DNA of 64,000 nt from contig OZ245002.1 of assembly GCA_965223415.1 (NCBI GenBank), positions 4,800,001 through 4,864,000 of the forward strand. Direction: 5' to 3'. Made by a program: the position numbers and the translations under genes. Position 1 is the first letter of the stretch; each line of letters starts with the position of its first letter. Origin of the DNA: Myxococcota bacterium. Lineage in GTDB: Bacteria > Myxococcota_A > UBA9160 > UBA6930. The notes beneath the pieces are model-generated. The model saw only the letters and a list, made by a program, of their open reading frames with translations, did not search any database and was not told where the DNA came from. This document shows, one piece after another, positions 16,838 to 25,765 of the stretch.

Positions 16838-19168
16838 AAATCCATGGCGCGGCTCACCACGGACAAGAAGGCCACCATCCTCGGCGCCTTGGTCGAGGGC
16901 TCCTCGATCCGCTCGACCGAGCGCATGACCGGCGTCCACCGCGACACCATCTGCAAGCTCGTGGTGGAGACGGGCCGGAAGGCTGAACGGATCATGGCCG
17001 ACGAGATCCGCCACGTGCAGCCCCAGAGCCTCCAGCTGGACGAGATCTGGTGTTTCGTGGGGAAGAAGAAGGCCAACCTCAAGAAGACCGATGACCCGCG
17101 CACCACGGGCGACGCCTGGTGCTGGGTGGCCCTCGATCCCGATTCCAAGCTCGTCCCCCACCACCTGGTCGCGAAGCGCGAGGCTCGCGACGCCGTGCGG
17201 TTCACCCGCGAGCTGGCCCAGCGCGTCGAAGGCCGCATCCAGATCAACACTGACAAGCTCGGGGCCTACCGGCAGGCTGTCTTCGCGGCATGGGGCAGGG
17301 ACGTGGACTACGGCCGGATCGTAAAGCGGTTCTCAGGGGAGCCTCTGGACTCCGGTAGGTACTCGCCGCCGAAGGTGGTCGCGGTGGACCGGAGATCGTC
17401 TACGGAAACCCCGATCCAACCACGATCTGCACCTCCCATGTCGAGCGGAACAACCTCACGATGCGGATGGGGATGCGACGCTTTACGCGGCTGACCAACG
17501 GGTTTTCCAAGAAGGTCGAGAACCTCCGGGCCGCGGTGGCGCTTCACTTCTGCCACTACAACTTCATCCGCCGGCACGCCACCATCAAGACGACCCCGGC
17601 CCTGGCGGCAGGGGTCACGGACCACCGCTGGACCCTGGCCTCGGTGGACACCCAAAACCGGCCATAGAAGGACGTCTGAAAAGCGGCCATAGGGGCTGAC
17701 GCCCAGGACGTTGACGACGGCGAGGGACCTGCGATCCCCCGCCGCCATGGCGAACCTTCTGGGCAACGAGAAACGCGAGCAGATTCTGGCACTTGGCCGC
17801 CTCGGCTGGTCGCTTCGGCGGATCGAGGAGGCGACGGGCGTGCGCCGGGAGACGGCGAGCCGTTACCTCCGGGCCGCGGGGATCGCGGTGCGATCTCCTG
17901 GTCGCTGGGGGCACGGGGCCCCAAACCCGGCCATAGAGGCGTCCACCGACTCGAAGGCCCCGGCAAAAGCGGCCAAAGAGGCGTCCACCGATCCGGCCTG
18001 GCCGCCGATGCCGGGCCGGAGCCCCCAGGCCAGCGCCTGCGAGCCCTACCGCGAGTGGATCGAGGCGGGCGTGCGCCAGGGCCGGACGGCGATGGCGATC
18101 TGGCAGGACCTAGTCGATGACCACGGCTTCGCCTTCAGCTATGCGAGTGTGAAGCGCTTCGTGGCGAAGCAGCGAGCCGCGGCGCCGCGCGAGGCGCACC
18201 CGGTGATCGAGACGGCACCGGGAGAAGAGGGCCAGGTCGACTACGGCGACGGGCCGATGGTGCGGCATCCCGGGTCGGGGAAGTACCGGCGCACGAGGCT
18301 GTTCGTCTTCACCCTGGGCTACAGCCGCAAGTGCGTTCGGCTGCTCGTGTGGAAGTCGAGCAGCCAGGTCTGGTCGGAGCTGCACGAGAAGGCCTTCCGC
18401 CGGCTGGGCGGTGCACCGCGCACCGTCGTCCTCGACAACCTCAAGGAGGGCGTTCTCAAGCCCGACGTCTACGACCCCGCGCTCAACCCCCTCTACCGCG
18501 ATGTGCTCGCCCACTACGGCGTGACGGCGCTTCCGTGCCGGGTGCGCCACCCCGATCGCAAGGGGAAGGTCGAGTCCGGGGTGCGCCACGCGCAGCAGAA
18601 GGTCCGCGGGATGCGCTTCGAGTCGCTCGAGCAGGCCCAGGCCTACCTCGACCGCTGGGAGCGCCGATGGGCCGACACCCGCATCCACGGCACGACCAAG
18701 CGCCAGGTGGCGGCGATGTACGAAGAGGAGAAGCCGCACCTGCTCGGGCTTCCCATCGAGCCCTTCCGCTACTACCAGCACGGCGAGCGCACGGTGCACC
18801 TCGACGGGGCCATCGAGGTGGAGGGGGCCTACTACCACGCGCCGCCGGGCTGGCTGGGGCGGCGGGTGGCCGTCCAATGGGACGGGCTGCGGGTGCGGAT
18901 GCTCGATCTGCAGACGGGGGAGCTGCTGCGCGAGCACGTCCGCCAGAGGCGGGGGCGCCGCAGGATGCGGGAGGAGGACCGCCCGAAGCGGACGCCGGCC
19001 ACGACCCTCCAGCTGCTCGCGCGGGCCCGGCGCGCCGGCGTCCACGTGGGCGAGGTGTGTGAGGCGATCCATCGCCTGGACGGCGTGTCGCAGGACGTGA
19101 TATTCGAGGGCTAAGAGGACACGTAGATTTGCGCACCTCCTGTTGAGCCGCTGCGCGGCACGTTCCCC

Positions 19169-20455
19169 GTGAGGGAGGGGGGCGTGGGGCAGCGGCGACT
19201 GAGGCAGGAGGAAGTGATGACGATCGAAGTGCTGCACGAGCGGGGGTGCTCGAACCGGGAGATCGCCCGCCAGCTGGGGATCCGGGAGAGCGCGGTGCGC
19301 TACCGGCTGAAGCGGCTGGCGGAGGGGGCGCGAGACGGCCGGAGCGGGAAGCCCTTCCTGGCCGAGGCGGTCCACGAGGTGATCGCGGAGTGGCTGGAGG
19401 CGAGCTCGGGAGGCCGTGGCGTGAACCTGCAGGAGCTTCACGAGTTCCTGGTGGAGGAGCACGGGTACACGGGGAGCTCCAAGAGCGTGCAGCGGTACGT
19501 GCGGGCCCGGTTCCCGAGACCGAAGGTGCGGAGCCGGCGTCGGGTGGAGACACCGCCCGGGGCGCAGGGTCAGGTGGACTGGGGCGAGTTTCCGGGCGTG
19601 CGGATCGGGGGCCAGGAGGTGGACCTGCATGCCTTCCACCTGGTGCTCTCGCACTCGCGGCGAGAAGCGGTGGTGTGGTCGGAGCGGGCGGACACGCTGG
19701 CGTGGCTGGACGTGCACAACCGGGCCTTCGAGCGGCTGGGCGGGGTGCCGGCGGTGCTGCGGGTCGACAACGTGAAGACAGCGGTGGCGAAGGGGGCGGG
19801 GCCATGGGGGACGGTGAACCCGGCTTACGCGAGCTATGCCGGGGCCCTTCGCTTCCACGTGGACGCCACCCGTCCCCGCCAGCCGCAGGAGAAGGGGAAG
19901 GTGGAGCGTCGGATCCTGGGGCACCGGCGGGGCTTCGATCCGCGTCGGCGGGAGCACGAGAGCCTGGAGTCGCTGCAAGCGTGGACGGACGGCCAGGTGG
20001 CGCGCTCGAGCCACCGGCGGCAGTGCCCGGCGACGGGCACGACGGTCTTCCAGGCGTGGGAGGCGGAGAAGCCCCATCTCGGGGCCCTGCCCGAGCGGCT
20101 TCCCGAGCCCTTCGACCTGGCCGTGATGCGACGTGTCGGGCGCGACGCCACGGTGCGCTTCGAGGGGCGTACCTACAGCGTCCCCTTCCGCTTCGTCGAG
20201 CAGAGCGTCGAGGTGCGCGGCTGCGCCCGGCAGGTGCAGGTCTGGGCCGAGGGCTCGGTGGTGGCCGCGCACCCGCGCCACACGCGAAGCCGCCTGCTGC
20301 TGGACCCGAGCCACTACGAGGGGCCGAGCACGGAGGGGGTGGAGGCGCCCGTACCGCTCGGGCGCATGGGTCGACGCCTCCAGGAGCTGTGGGCGATGGA
20401 GCCGGAGCAGCGGCCGATCGACCTCTATGCCGATCTGGCGGAGGTGGCGCGATGA
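19169..20455 (+). CDS. istA: IS21 transposase IstA
   Basis: HTH, ETPPGAQGQVDWG, VDNVK, KGKVER; start could be slightly downstream. Confidence 0.9.
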   Translation: MREGGVGQRRLRQEEVMTIEVLHERGCSNREIARQLGIRESAVRYRLKRLAEGARDGRSGKPFLAEAVHEVIAEWLEASSGGRGVNLQELHEFLVEEHGYTGSSKSVQRYVRARFPRPKVRSRRRVETPPGAQGQVDWGEFPGVRIGGQEVDLHAFHLVLSHSRREAVVWSERADTLAWLDVHNRAFERLGGVPAVLRVDNVKTAVAKGAGPWGTVNPAYASYAGALRFHVDATRPRQPQEKGKVERRILGHRRGFDPRRREHESLESLQAWTDGQVARSSHRRQCPATGTTVFQAWEAEKPHLGALPERLPEPFDLAVMRRVGRDATVRFEGRTYSVPFRFVEQSVEVRGCARQVQVWAEGSVVAAHPRHTRSRLLLDPSHYEGPSTEGVEAPVPLGRMGRRLQELWAMEPEQRPIDLYADLAEVAR

Positions 20456-21252
20456 CGGCGGGAAACCCGGTGCCCAAGAAGGGCGGCAAGGTGGATCTCG
20501 ACCCGACCCGCGAGCGGCTCGTGCGCCTCGGCCTCCATCACGCGGCCGAGCACATCGGCGAGGAGCTGGCCCGAGCGACCAAGGACGACCTCGTGCCCCA
20601 CCGCTTCCTCGACCTGCTGCTCGAGGCCGAGCTGCAGCACCGCGAGGAGCGGAGGATGAAGACCTCGCTCCGTCTCTCGGGCCTTCCCACGGGGCAGACC
20701 CTCGGCAACTTCGACTTCGCCTTCCAGCCGAGTGTGGAGCGGAGCCGGATCGAGACGCTGGGCACCTGCGCGTGGATCCGGGCCAAGGAGAGTCTGCTGA
20801 TCCAGGGTCCGCCGGGAGTGGGCAAGACCCACCTGGCGGTGGCCCTGGGGGTGCGGGCCGTGGAGAACGGCTTCTCCGTGGCCTTCCATCGCCTCGAGGA
20901 CCTGCTGGCGGCCCTCAAGCGCGACGCCGAGATCAGCCCGCAACGGCTGCGGCGGCGCAAGCACATGAACGTGGCGCTCCTCGTCATCGACGAGGTCGGC
21001 TTCGAGCCCATGACGCGCCAGGAGGCGAGCCTCTTCTTCCGGCTCGTCTCCTACCGCTATGGGAGGGGCTCGATCCTGATCACCACGAACAAGGGCATCG
21101 CCGACTGGCCCGAGGTGCTGGCGGGCGACGAGGTGCTGGCCACCGCCATCCTCGATCGCCTCCTCCACCACAGCCAGGTGCTCAACATCTCGGGGCGGAG
21201 CTACCGGCTCCGCGAGCTCGAGCAGGCCGCGGGGCAAAGCGCCCAGCGTTGA
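20452..21252 (+). CDS. istB: IS21 helper AAA+ ATPase IstB
   Basis: FDFAFQP, GPPGVGKTHLA, LVIDEVG, AILDRLLHH, GRSYR; ATGA overlap with istA. Confidence 0.92.
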   Translation: MTAGNPVPKKGGKVDLDPTRERLVRLGLHHAAEHIGEELARATKDDLVPHRFLDLLLEAELQHREERRMKTSLRLSGLPTGQTLGNFDFAFQPSVERSRIETLGTCAWIRAKESLLIQGPPGVGKTHLAVALGVRAVENGFSVAFHRLEDLLAALKRDAEISPQRLRRRKHMNVALLVIDEVGFEPMTRQEASLFFRLVSYRYGRGSILITTNKGIADWPEVLAGDEVLATAILDRLLHHSQVLNISGRSYRLRELEQAAGQSAQR

Positions 21253-21629
21253 GGCCCCAGAGGGCGGCCTGACGGCCGTGCTCTCCTTCGGAGAGCGGAA
21301 GAGAAGAAGGAAGAACCGAACATCAACCCAGGGGGGTGCGCAAAACTAGCCGTCCTCTTAGCGCGCAAGAGATGACGTCCCTCGACACGGCGAGCCCGGG
21401 GTGCGTCGCATCCTGGGCGTGCTCTCCCTGTGCAAGCGCCACGGCATCCCTCGCGTCGACGATGCCTGCGCCACCGCCCTGGCCCTCGAGCTGCCCACCT
21501 ACGCGTTCGTCAAGCGCTACCTGGAGCGTCAGCCCGAGCTGCCGCTCTCGCTCAAGCAGGTGGACCCGCTCATCCGCCAGCTCACCCACTACCGCGATCT
21601 CATCGATCGCCGCACCGAGGAGACCTCTC

Positions 21630-22391
21630 GTGAATCTGACTGAACTCGATCCCGCACTGCGCAAGCTCCGGCTCTCGGGCATGGCCGAGCATCTGGAGAT
21701 GCGGCTCCTCGAAGCCCAGAAGGGCGAGTGGGCGGCCATCGACCTGCTCTCGGCGCTCGTCCAGGACGAGCTCGAGCGCCGGCAGGACCGACTGCTGGCC
21801 CGGCGCATCAAGCAGGCCCGCTTCCGCGACGCCAACCGGACCCTCAACGGCTTCGACTTCCGCTTCAATACGAAGATCGATCGCGCCCTGGTCTTCGAGC
21901 TCGCCACGGGCCGCTTCCTCGAGCAAGCCGAGGACGCTGTCTTCCTCGGCCCGCCGGGCACGGGCAAGAGCCATCTCGCCCAGGCGATCGGCCTCGCCGT
22001 CATCCACCAGGGCCATCGCGTCGCCTACCGCGAGGTCCACGTCCTCCTCGAGGAACTCGCTGATGCGACCCTCGACGGCACCCGCAAGGAGTACCTGGCC
22101 GAGATGGCGAGCGTGCCGCTGCTCATCCTTGACGACCTCGGCATGCGCAAGCTCCCCACCACGGCCGCCGAGGACCTGCTCGAGCTCATCATGCGCCGCT
22201 ACGAGCGCACCAGCACCCTCGTCACCTCGAACCGACCCGTCGACGACTGGGGCCGGCTCCTCGGCGACACGGCAGCCGTCACCGCCATGCTCGACCGCCT
22301 CCTCCACCACGGCCACCTGCTCAAGTGCGGACCCCGCAGCTGGCGCACCAAGAAGACCACGGCCTTGCCGAAGGAGGCTCCGGCGCGGTAG
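21630..22391 (+). CDS. istB: IS21 helper AAA+ ATPase IstB (outer element)
   Basis: LRLSGM, FDFRFN, GPPGTGKSHLA, LILDDLG, AMLDRLLHH. Confidence 0.9.
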   Translation: MNLTELDPALRKLRLSGMAEHLEMRLLEAQKGEWAAIDLLSALVQDELERRQDRLLARRIKQARFRDANRTLNGFDFRFNTKIDRALVFELATGRFLEQAEDAVFLGPPGTGKSHLAQAIGLAVIHQGHRVAYREVHVLLEELADATLDGTRKEYLAEMASVPLLILDDLGMRKLPTTAAEDLLELIMRRYERTSTLVTSNRPVDDWGRLLGDTAAVTAMLDRLLHHGHLLKCGPRSWRTKKTTALPKEAPAR

Positions 22392-22498
22392 AACCCCTCT
22401 GTCCTGGGCGCGGCCCTTTGGCCGCCTTTGAGACGTCCACCTTTGGCCGGTTTTCAGACGTCCACCGAGGCCCTGGAGGAGCTGGTAGAGGCGCCGTA

Positions 22499-22846
22499 CT
22501 AGCTCGCGAGCTGGCGGACTGATTCGTCCCAAGCACGCACCTTCTCCTTGGCGATCGGGCCGAGGTTCCGCGCGAGCATCGACATGATGGCGCTTAGGTG
22601 GGGCTTGGCGGCTTCGAAGAGCTCTTCTCCCGTGATTCCCCCCGGAATCAGGGCATCAGATACGGCCTGCTGGACGAACGACGGCATGTCGAGAATGTCG
22701 ATGCCAACGATGCGATCTAGGTCCTCAGAGACCAAGATTGTCATGTCCTCCAGCGGTACCGCTACCGTCTGGCCGCGCAGGTACTCTGAGATGGATACCT
22801 GGACCACGTCCGTATCAGGGCAGTAGATCAGCCTGATTTCGTCCAT
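22499..22846 (-). CDS. Putative antitoxin, DUF2283-like
   Basis: Acidic protein; Y.PDTDVV...IVGIDILD pattern; overlaps the end of the upstream gene. Confidence 0.5.
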   Translation of the reverse strand: MDEIRLIYCPDTDVVQVSISEYLRGQTVAVPLEDMTILVSEDLDRIVGIDILDMPSFVQQAVSDALIPGGITGEELFEAAKPHLSAIMSMLARNLGPIAKEKVRAWDESVRQLAS

Positions 22847-23172
22847 ACGACGTTCATCCTTCCTGCGGGGGGAATGGCCTTGTCGTAGGCGGTGACCAGC
22901 TCCCACCAGCGGGGCGGGTCGGCGTTCTTGGGACGCGGTTTTGCCGACACCATATGGGCGCGGTCCTCAGAGAATACCTTGTAGTAGTTCAAAGAGCCGT
23001 GGGCCACGTTCTCGCAGATGAAGCTGGGATCCTCGATGGTCTCCCGCATCCAAGACTGATCGGCCTCCTCATGCCTCTCCTTGATGTGGATATCCCACGT
23101 CCTCTGCCTGAATTTGACGGTGCGTCCCTGGGGATCGTTCACCTCGAAGATGAGAGGGTTTCTGACGGCCAT
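22828..23172 (-). CDS. Putative BECR-fold RNase toxin (PBECR2/DUF4258-like)
   Basis: DPQGRTV...W..HI.ERH...ETIEDP..I...YY...LVTAY pattern. Confidence 0.5.
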   Translation of the reverse strand: MAVRNPLIFEVNDPQGRTVKFRQRTWDIHIKERHEEADQSWMRETIEDPSFICENVAHGSLNYYKVFSEDRAHMVSAKPRPKNADPPRWWELVTAYDKAIPPAGRMNVVWTKSG

Positions 23173-23243
23173 CCCCGGGGGATATCAGCACCGGCGGACC
23201 AGCCAGTCAAGTCATTCCCTCCGGGGTAGGACACCACCCTACT

Positions 23244-23271
23244 ACTTTACATAATCTATCTTATCGGACAT
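23244..23271 (-). other. dif-like XerCD recombination site
   Basis: Minus strand ATGTCCGATAA-GATAGA-TTATGTAAAGT: 11-6-11 layout with the conserved TTATGT(A/T)AA XerD arm; KOPS polarity flips here. Confidence 0.85.
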
Positions 23272-23348
23272 TGAATTCGAGGGACCCGAGGCACGCGAGA
23301 CACGGGACGCTTGGGACGGACCGGGCCATGCGGCCCGGGCGCCGAGCG

Positions 23349-24110
23349 CTAGCCCTGCGGCCCAGCCGTTCGGCGGCGCAGCTGCAGCTCCTCGAGCTGC
23401 GCCTCCACGTGGGTCGGAACCCTGCCGGCCGGCGGGTCGGCGGCGTCGAGCTGCTCGGCGATCGCTAGGGCCTGGTCCTCGTCCCCGAGCCGGAGAAAGC
23501 AGCGGGCGGCGCTGGCCAGGGCCAGGTAGCGCGCGGGAAAGTCGGCGTTGGCGCCGGCCTCGGCATAGGCCGCGGCGGCGCCGGCGAAGTCGTCCTGCTG
23601 CTCGAGGCCCCCGGCCAGCCGGAGGCGCGCGAGGCTCTCCAGGGTGGTGCCGGAGGGGGCGGCCTCCGCGGCCGCGCGCCAGCTCTCGACGGCGGCGTCC
23701 AGGTCGCCGGTCTCGGCCTGCAGCACGCCGGCCTGGATGCGGCCGCCCACCGCCGCGCGGGTGCCGCCGTGTTCGTCGGCGGCCGCCAGGAGCTTGTCGG
23801 CGTACTCCTGTCGGACGCGGCGGCCGATCTCCGGATTGGCCGGATCCACCACGTCCAGATCCCCGAGGCCAGCCCCCATGGCCAGGAGGTAGTCGCCGTA
23901 GACCGACGCCACCTGCTCGGAGCCGGCCTGCTCGCTGCGAAGCGACAAGGTCTGGGTGATGCCCACGACCGCGGCCACGCCGAGGATGGTCCCGAGCAGG
24001 CCCAGGACGATCTGCGGGTTGCTGGAGACCCAGTCGGCGAGGCCGTCGAAGAGGCCCTCGATCTCCTGGAGGGTCTCGGTCGCTTGTTTCGAATCGGGGC
24101 GCTTGGCCAC
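23349..24110 (-). CDS. YfgM-like TPR membrane protein
   Basis: N-terminal TM, LARLRLA TPR motif; next to der; RBS GGAGG. Confidence 0.7.
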   Translation of the reverse strand: MAKRPDSKQATETLQEIEGLFDGLADWVSSNPQIVLGLLGTILGVAAVVGITQTLSLRSEQAGSEQVASVYGDYLLAMGAGLGDLDVVDPANPEIGRRVRQEYADKLLAAADEHGGTRAAVGGRIQAGVLQAETGDLDAAVESWRAAAEAAPSGTTLESLARLRLAGGLEQQDDFAGAAAAYAEAGANADFPARYLALASAARCFLRLGDEDQALAIAEQLDAADPPAGRVPTHVEAQLEELQLRRRTAGPQG

Positions 24111-24168
24111 GGAATCCTCCGCAGGAGCCGGGATGGCGCCGGAGTGTATCGGCTGAGCCGGGGTGCCT

Positions 24169-25533
24169 CTAGGAGGGCGAGGCGCCCTCCCCGCTCCGCT
24201 TCCGCAGGCGCAGGCGTACCGGGACGCCGGCGAGATCGAAGCGCTCGCGGAGCTGGTTCACGAGGAAGCGGCGGTAGGAGGGCAGCACGGCCCGCGGATC
24301 CGTGCAGAAGAGGACCAGCGTGGGCGGATGGGTCGCCACCTGGGTGGCGTAGAAGAACTTGATCGGCCGGCGTCGGGTGCCCCGCTGGGCCATGGCCGGC
24401 TCGTGCTTGCGAACGCAGTCCTGCAGCCAGCGGTTGAGCTCCGCCGTGGGGATCTCGGTGGCCGCGGCGCGCCCCAGGCGCACGATCAGTCGCGGCAGGC
24501 GGCGCAGGCCCTTGCCGGTCTTCGCCGACAGCCGGGTGATGGGCACGTCGCGCAGCGGAGCGAGACGCCGGGACAGCTCGTCCTCGAGCCGGCGCCGGGT
24601 GTCCTCGTGGTCCTCGCCCTCGACCAGGTCCCACTTGTTCACGACCAACGCGGCGGCGGTGCCCCGCTCCCGGACCAGCGAGAGGACCCGGAAGTCCTGA
24701 TCGGTGAAGCCCTCCCCCGCATCGGCCAGCACCAACGCCACGTCGGCCCGCTCGATGGCGCGCAGGCTCATGAGCGCACTGCCCCGCTCCACGTGCTCTC
24801 GGCGGCGCGCCGCCCGGCGGATGCCGGCGGTGTCGACAAAGGTCATCGGGCCGGCCTCGGTCTGGATGCGCATGTCGATGGCGTCCCGGGTGGTGCCGGG
24901 GACTTCCGAGACGACCACCCGCTCCTCGCCGAGCAGGCGGTTGAGCAGCGAGCTCTTTCCCACGTTCGGGCGCCCCACCAGCGCGACTCGGAGCTCGTCG
25001 GCAGGCGCGGGCGCGGGCTCGCTCTCGGCCGGCGACAGCATCGCCACCAGCTCCTCGAGAGCATCCCACGCGCCGGTGCCGTGCTCGGCCGAGACCGCAC
25101 GGACCGGCTCGAGCCCGAGGGCGTGGAACTCGGCCTGGCGCGGCGTGTGGCCGGGGGCGTCGATCTTGTTCACCGCGACCAGGAGCGGTCGGTCGCTCCG
25201 CCGGAGGACCCGGGCGAGCTCCTCCTCCTGGGGCAGGAGCCCCGCCTGGCCGTCCACCACCCAGAGGATGGCGTCGGCGCCGTCCAAGGCCGAACGGGCC
25301 TGCTCCTGGACCGCGCTCTCGATCTCGCTGCCCGGCTCCGGATCGAGGCCGGCCGTGTCCACGAGCAGCACCCTGCGGGGACCCACCTCGACCTCTTCGG
25401 CGATGCGGTCGCGGGTGAGCCCGGGCGTGTCCTCGACGAGCACCCTGCGGTGGCCCGCGTAGCGGTTGAAGAGCGTGGACTTGCCCACGTTCGGGCGACC
25501 GACGATGGCCACGATCGGAAGGGGACGGGACAA
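24169..25533 (-). CDS. der: Ribosome biogenesis GTPase Der (EngA)
   Basis: Two GRPNVGKS G-domains, DTAG, NKID/NKWD, KH-like C-terminus. Confidence 0.97.
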   Translation of the reverse strand: MSRPLPIVAIVGRPNVGKSTLFNRYAGHRRVLVEDTPGLTRDRIAEEVEVGPRRVLLVDTAGLDPEPGSEIESAVQEQARSALDGADAILWVVDGQAGLLPQEEELARVLRRSDRPLLVAVNKIDAPGHTPRQAEFHALGLEPVRAVSAEHGTGAWDALEELVAMLSPAESEPAPAPADELRVALVGRPNVGKSSLLNRLLGEERVVVSEVPGTTRDAIDMRIQTEAGPMTFVDTAGIRRAARRREHVERGSALMSLRAIERADVALVLADAGEGFTDQDFRVLSLVRERGTAAALVVNKWDLVEGEDHEDTRRRLEDELSRRLAPLRDVPITRLSAKTGKGLRRLPRLIVRLGRAAATEIPTAELNRWLQDCVRKHEPAMAQRGTRRRPIKFFYATQVATHPPTLVLFCTDPRAVLPSYRRFLVNQLRERFDLAGVPVRLRLRKRSGEGASPS

Positions 25534-25765
25534 GCGCGCAACCTACCGCGGCACCCCCCGGCCGCAACTTGGCGCCGCAAACGCCCGGCAGAGGAAGAGC
25601 TTTCTTGACAAGGGCGCGCCAGCGCCCGTAGGCTCCCCAGCGGGGTACCATGGGGTGCACCCCGGAGATGTGTCGGCCGGAGGGGCCCGCCGAGCAGCGG
25701 GGCCGGTGGCCTTCGACGGGAACGGACGAAGCGCGCGCAGGGATGCGCATTCTGGGGGAAACGCG

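Larger units (their letters stand above)
19086..21387 (+). mobile_element. IS21-family element (inner, apparently intact, 2302 bp)
   Basis: TG...CA ends, roughly 55-bp imperfect IRs (TGTCG..GGACGT..GCTAAGAGGAC..TAG.TTTGCGCACC), 5-bp duplication CGGCG (19081-19085, 21388-21392). Confidence 0.92.
17747..21643 (+). pseudogene. istA: IS21 transposase IstA, interrupted by the inner IS21 at 19086-21387
   Basis: ETAPGEEGQVDYG, LDNLK, KGKVE; frame restored (LDGEPGVRRIL) after removing the insert. Confidence 0.85.
17639..22470 (+). mobile_element. IS21-family element (outer; about 2.5 kb without its own insert)
   Basis: Ends CCTCGGTGGAC...GTCCACCGAGG with internal AAAACCGGCCA repeats; 6-bp duplication CCCTGG (17633-17638, 22471-22476); istA and istB. 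Confidence 0.9.
16844..22502 (+). pseudogene. IS1-family DDE transposase, frameshifted (about 17390-17394) and interrupted by IS21 at 17639-22470
   Basis: LVEGSSIRSTERMTGV HTH, LDEIWCFVGKK, TD, SHVERNNLTMRM..RRFTRLTNGFSKK, HYNF; the C-terminus WTLEELVEAPY* is rebuilt by removing the IS21 plus one CCCTGG copy. Confidence 0.85.
15086..23238 (+). mobile_element. IS1-family cargo-carrying element (about 3.3 kb after removing the nested IS21 copies)
   Basis: IRs GGTAGTGTCCTGCCCCG (15086-15102) and revcomp GGTGGTGTCCTACCCCG (23222-23238); 8-bp direct repeat CTACTACT at 15078-15085 and 23239-23246; internal IS1-like transposase. Confidence 0.9.

Noticed and set aside
15086..23271. IMEX (Xer-recombined) integration at dif
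   Set aside because: No second dif-like site flanks the element; IRs plus an 8-bp duplication point to DDE transposition.
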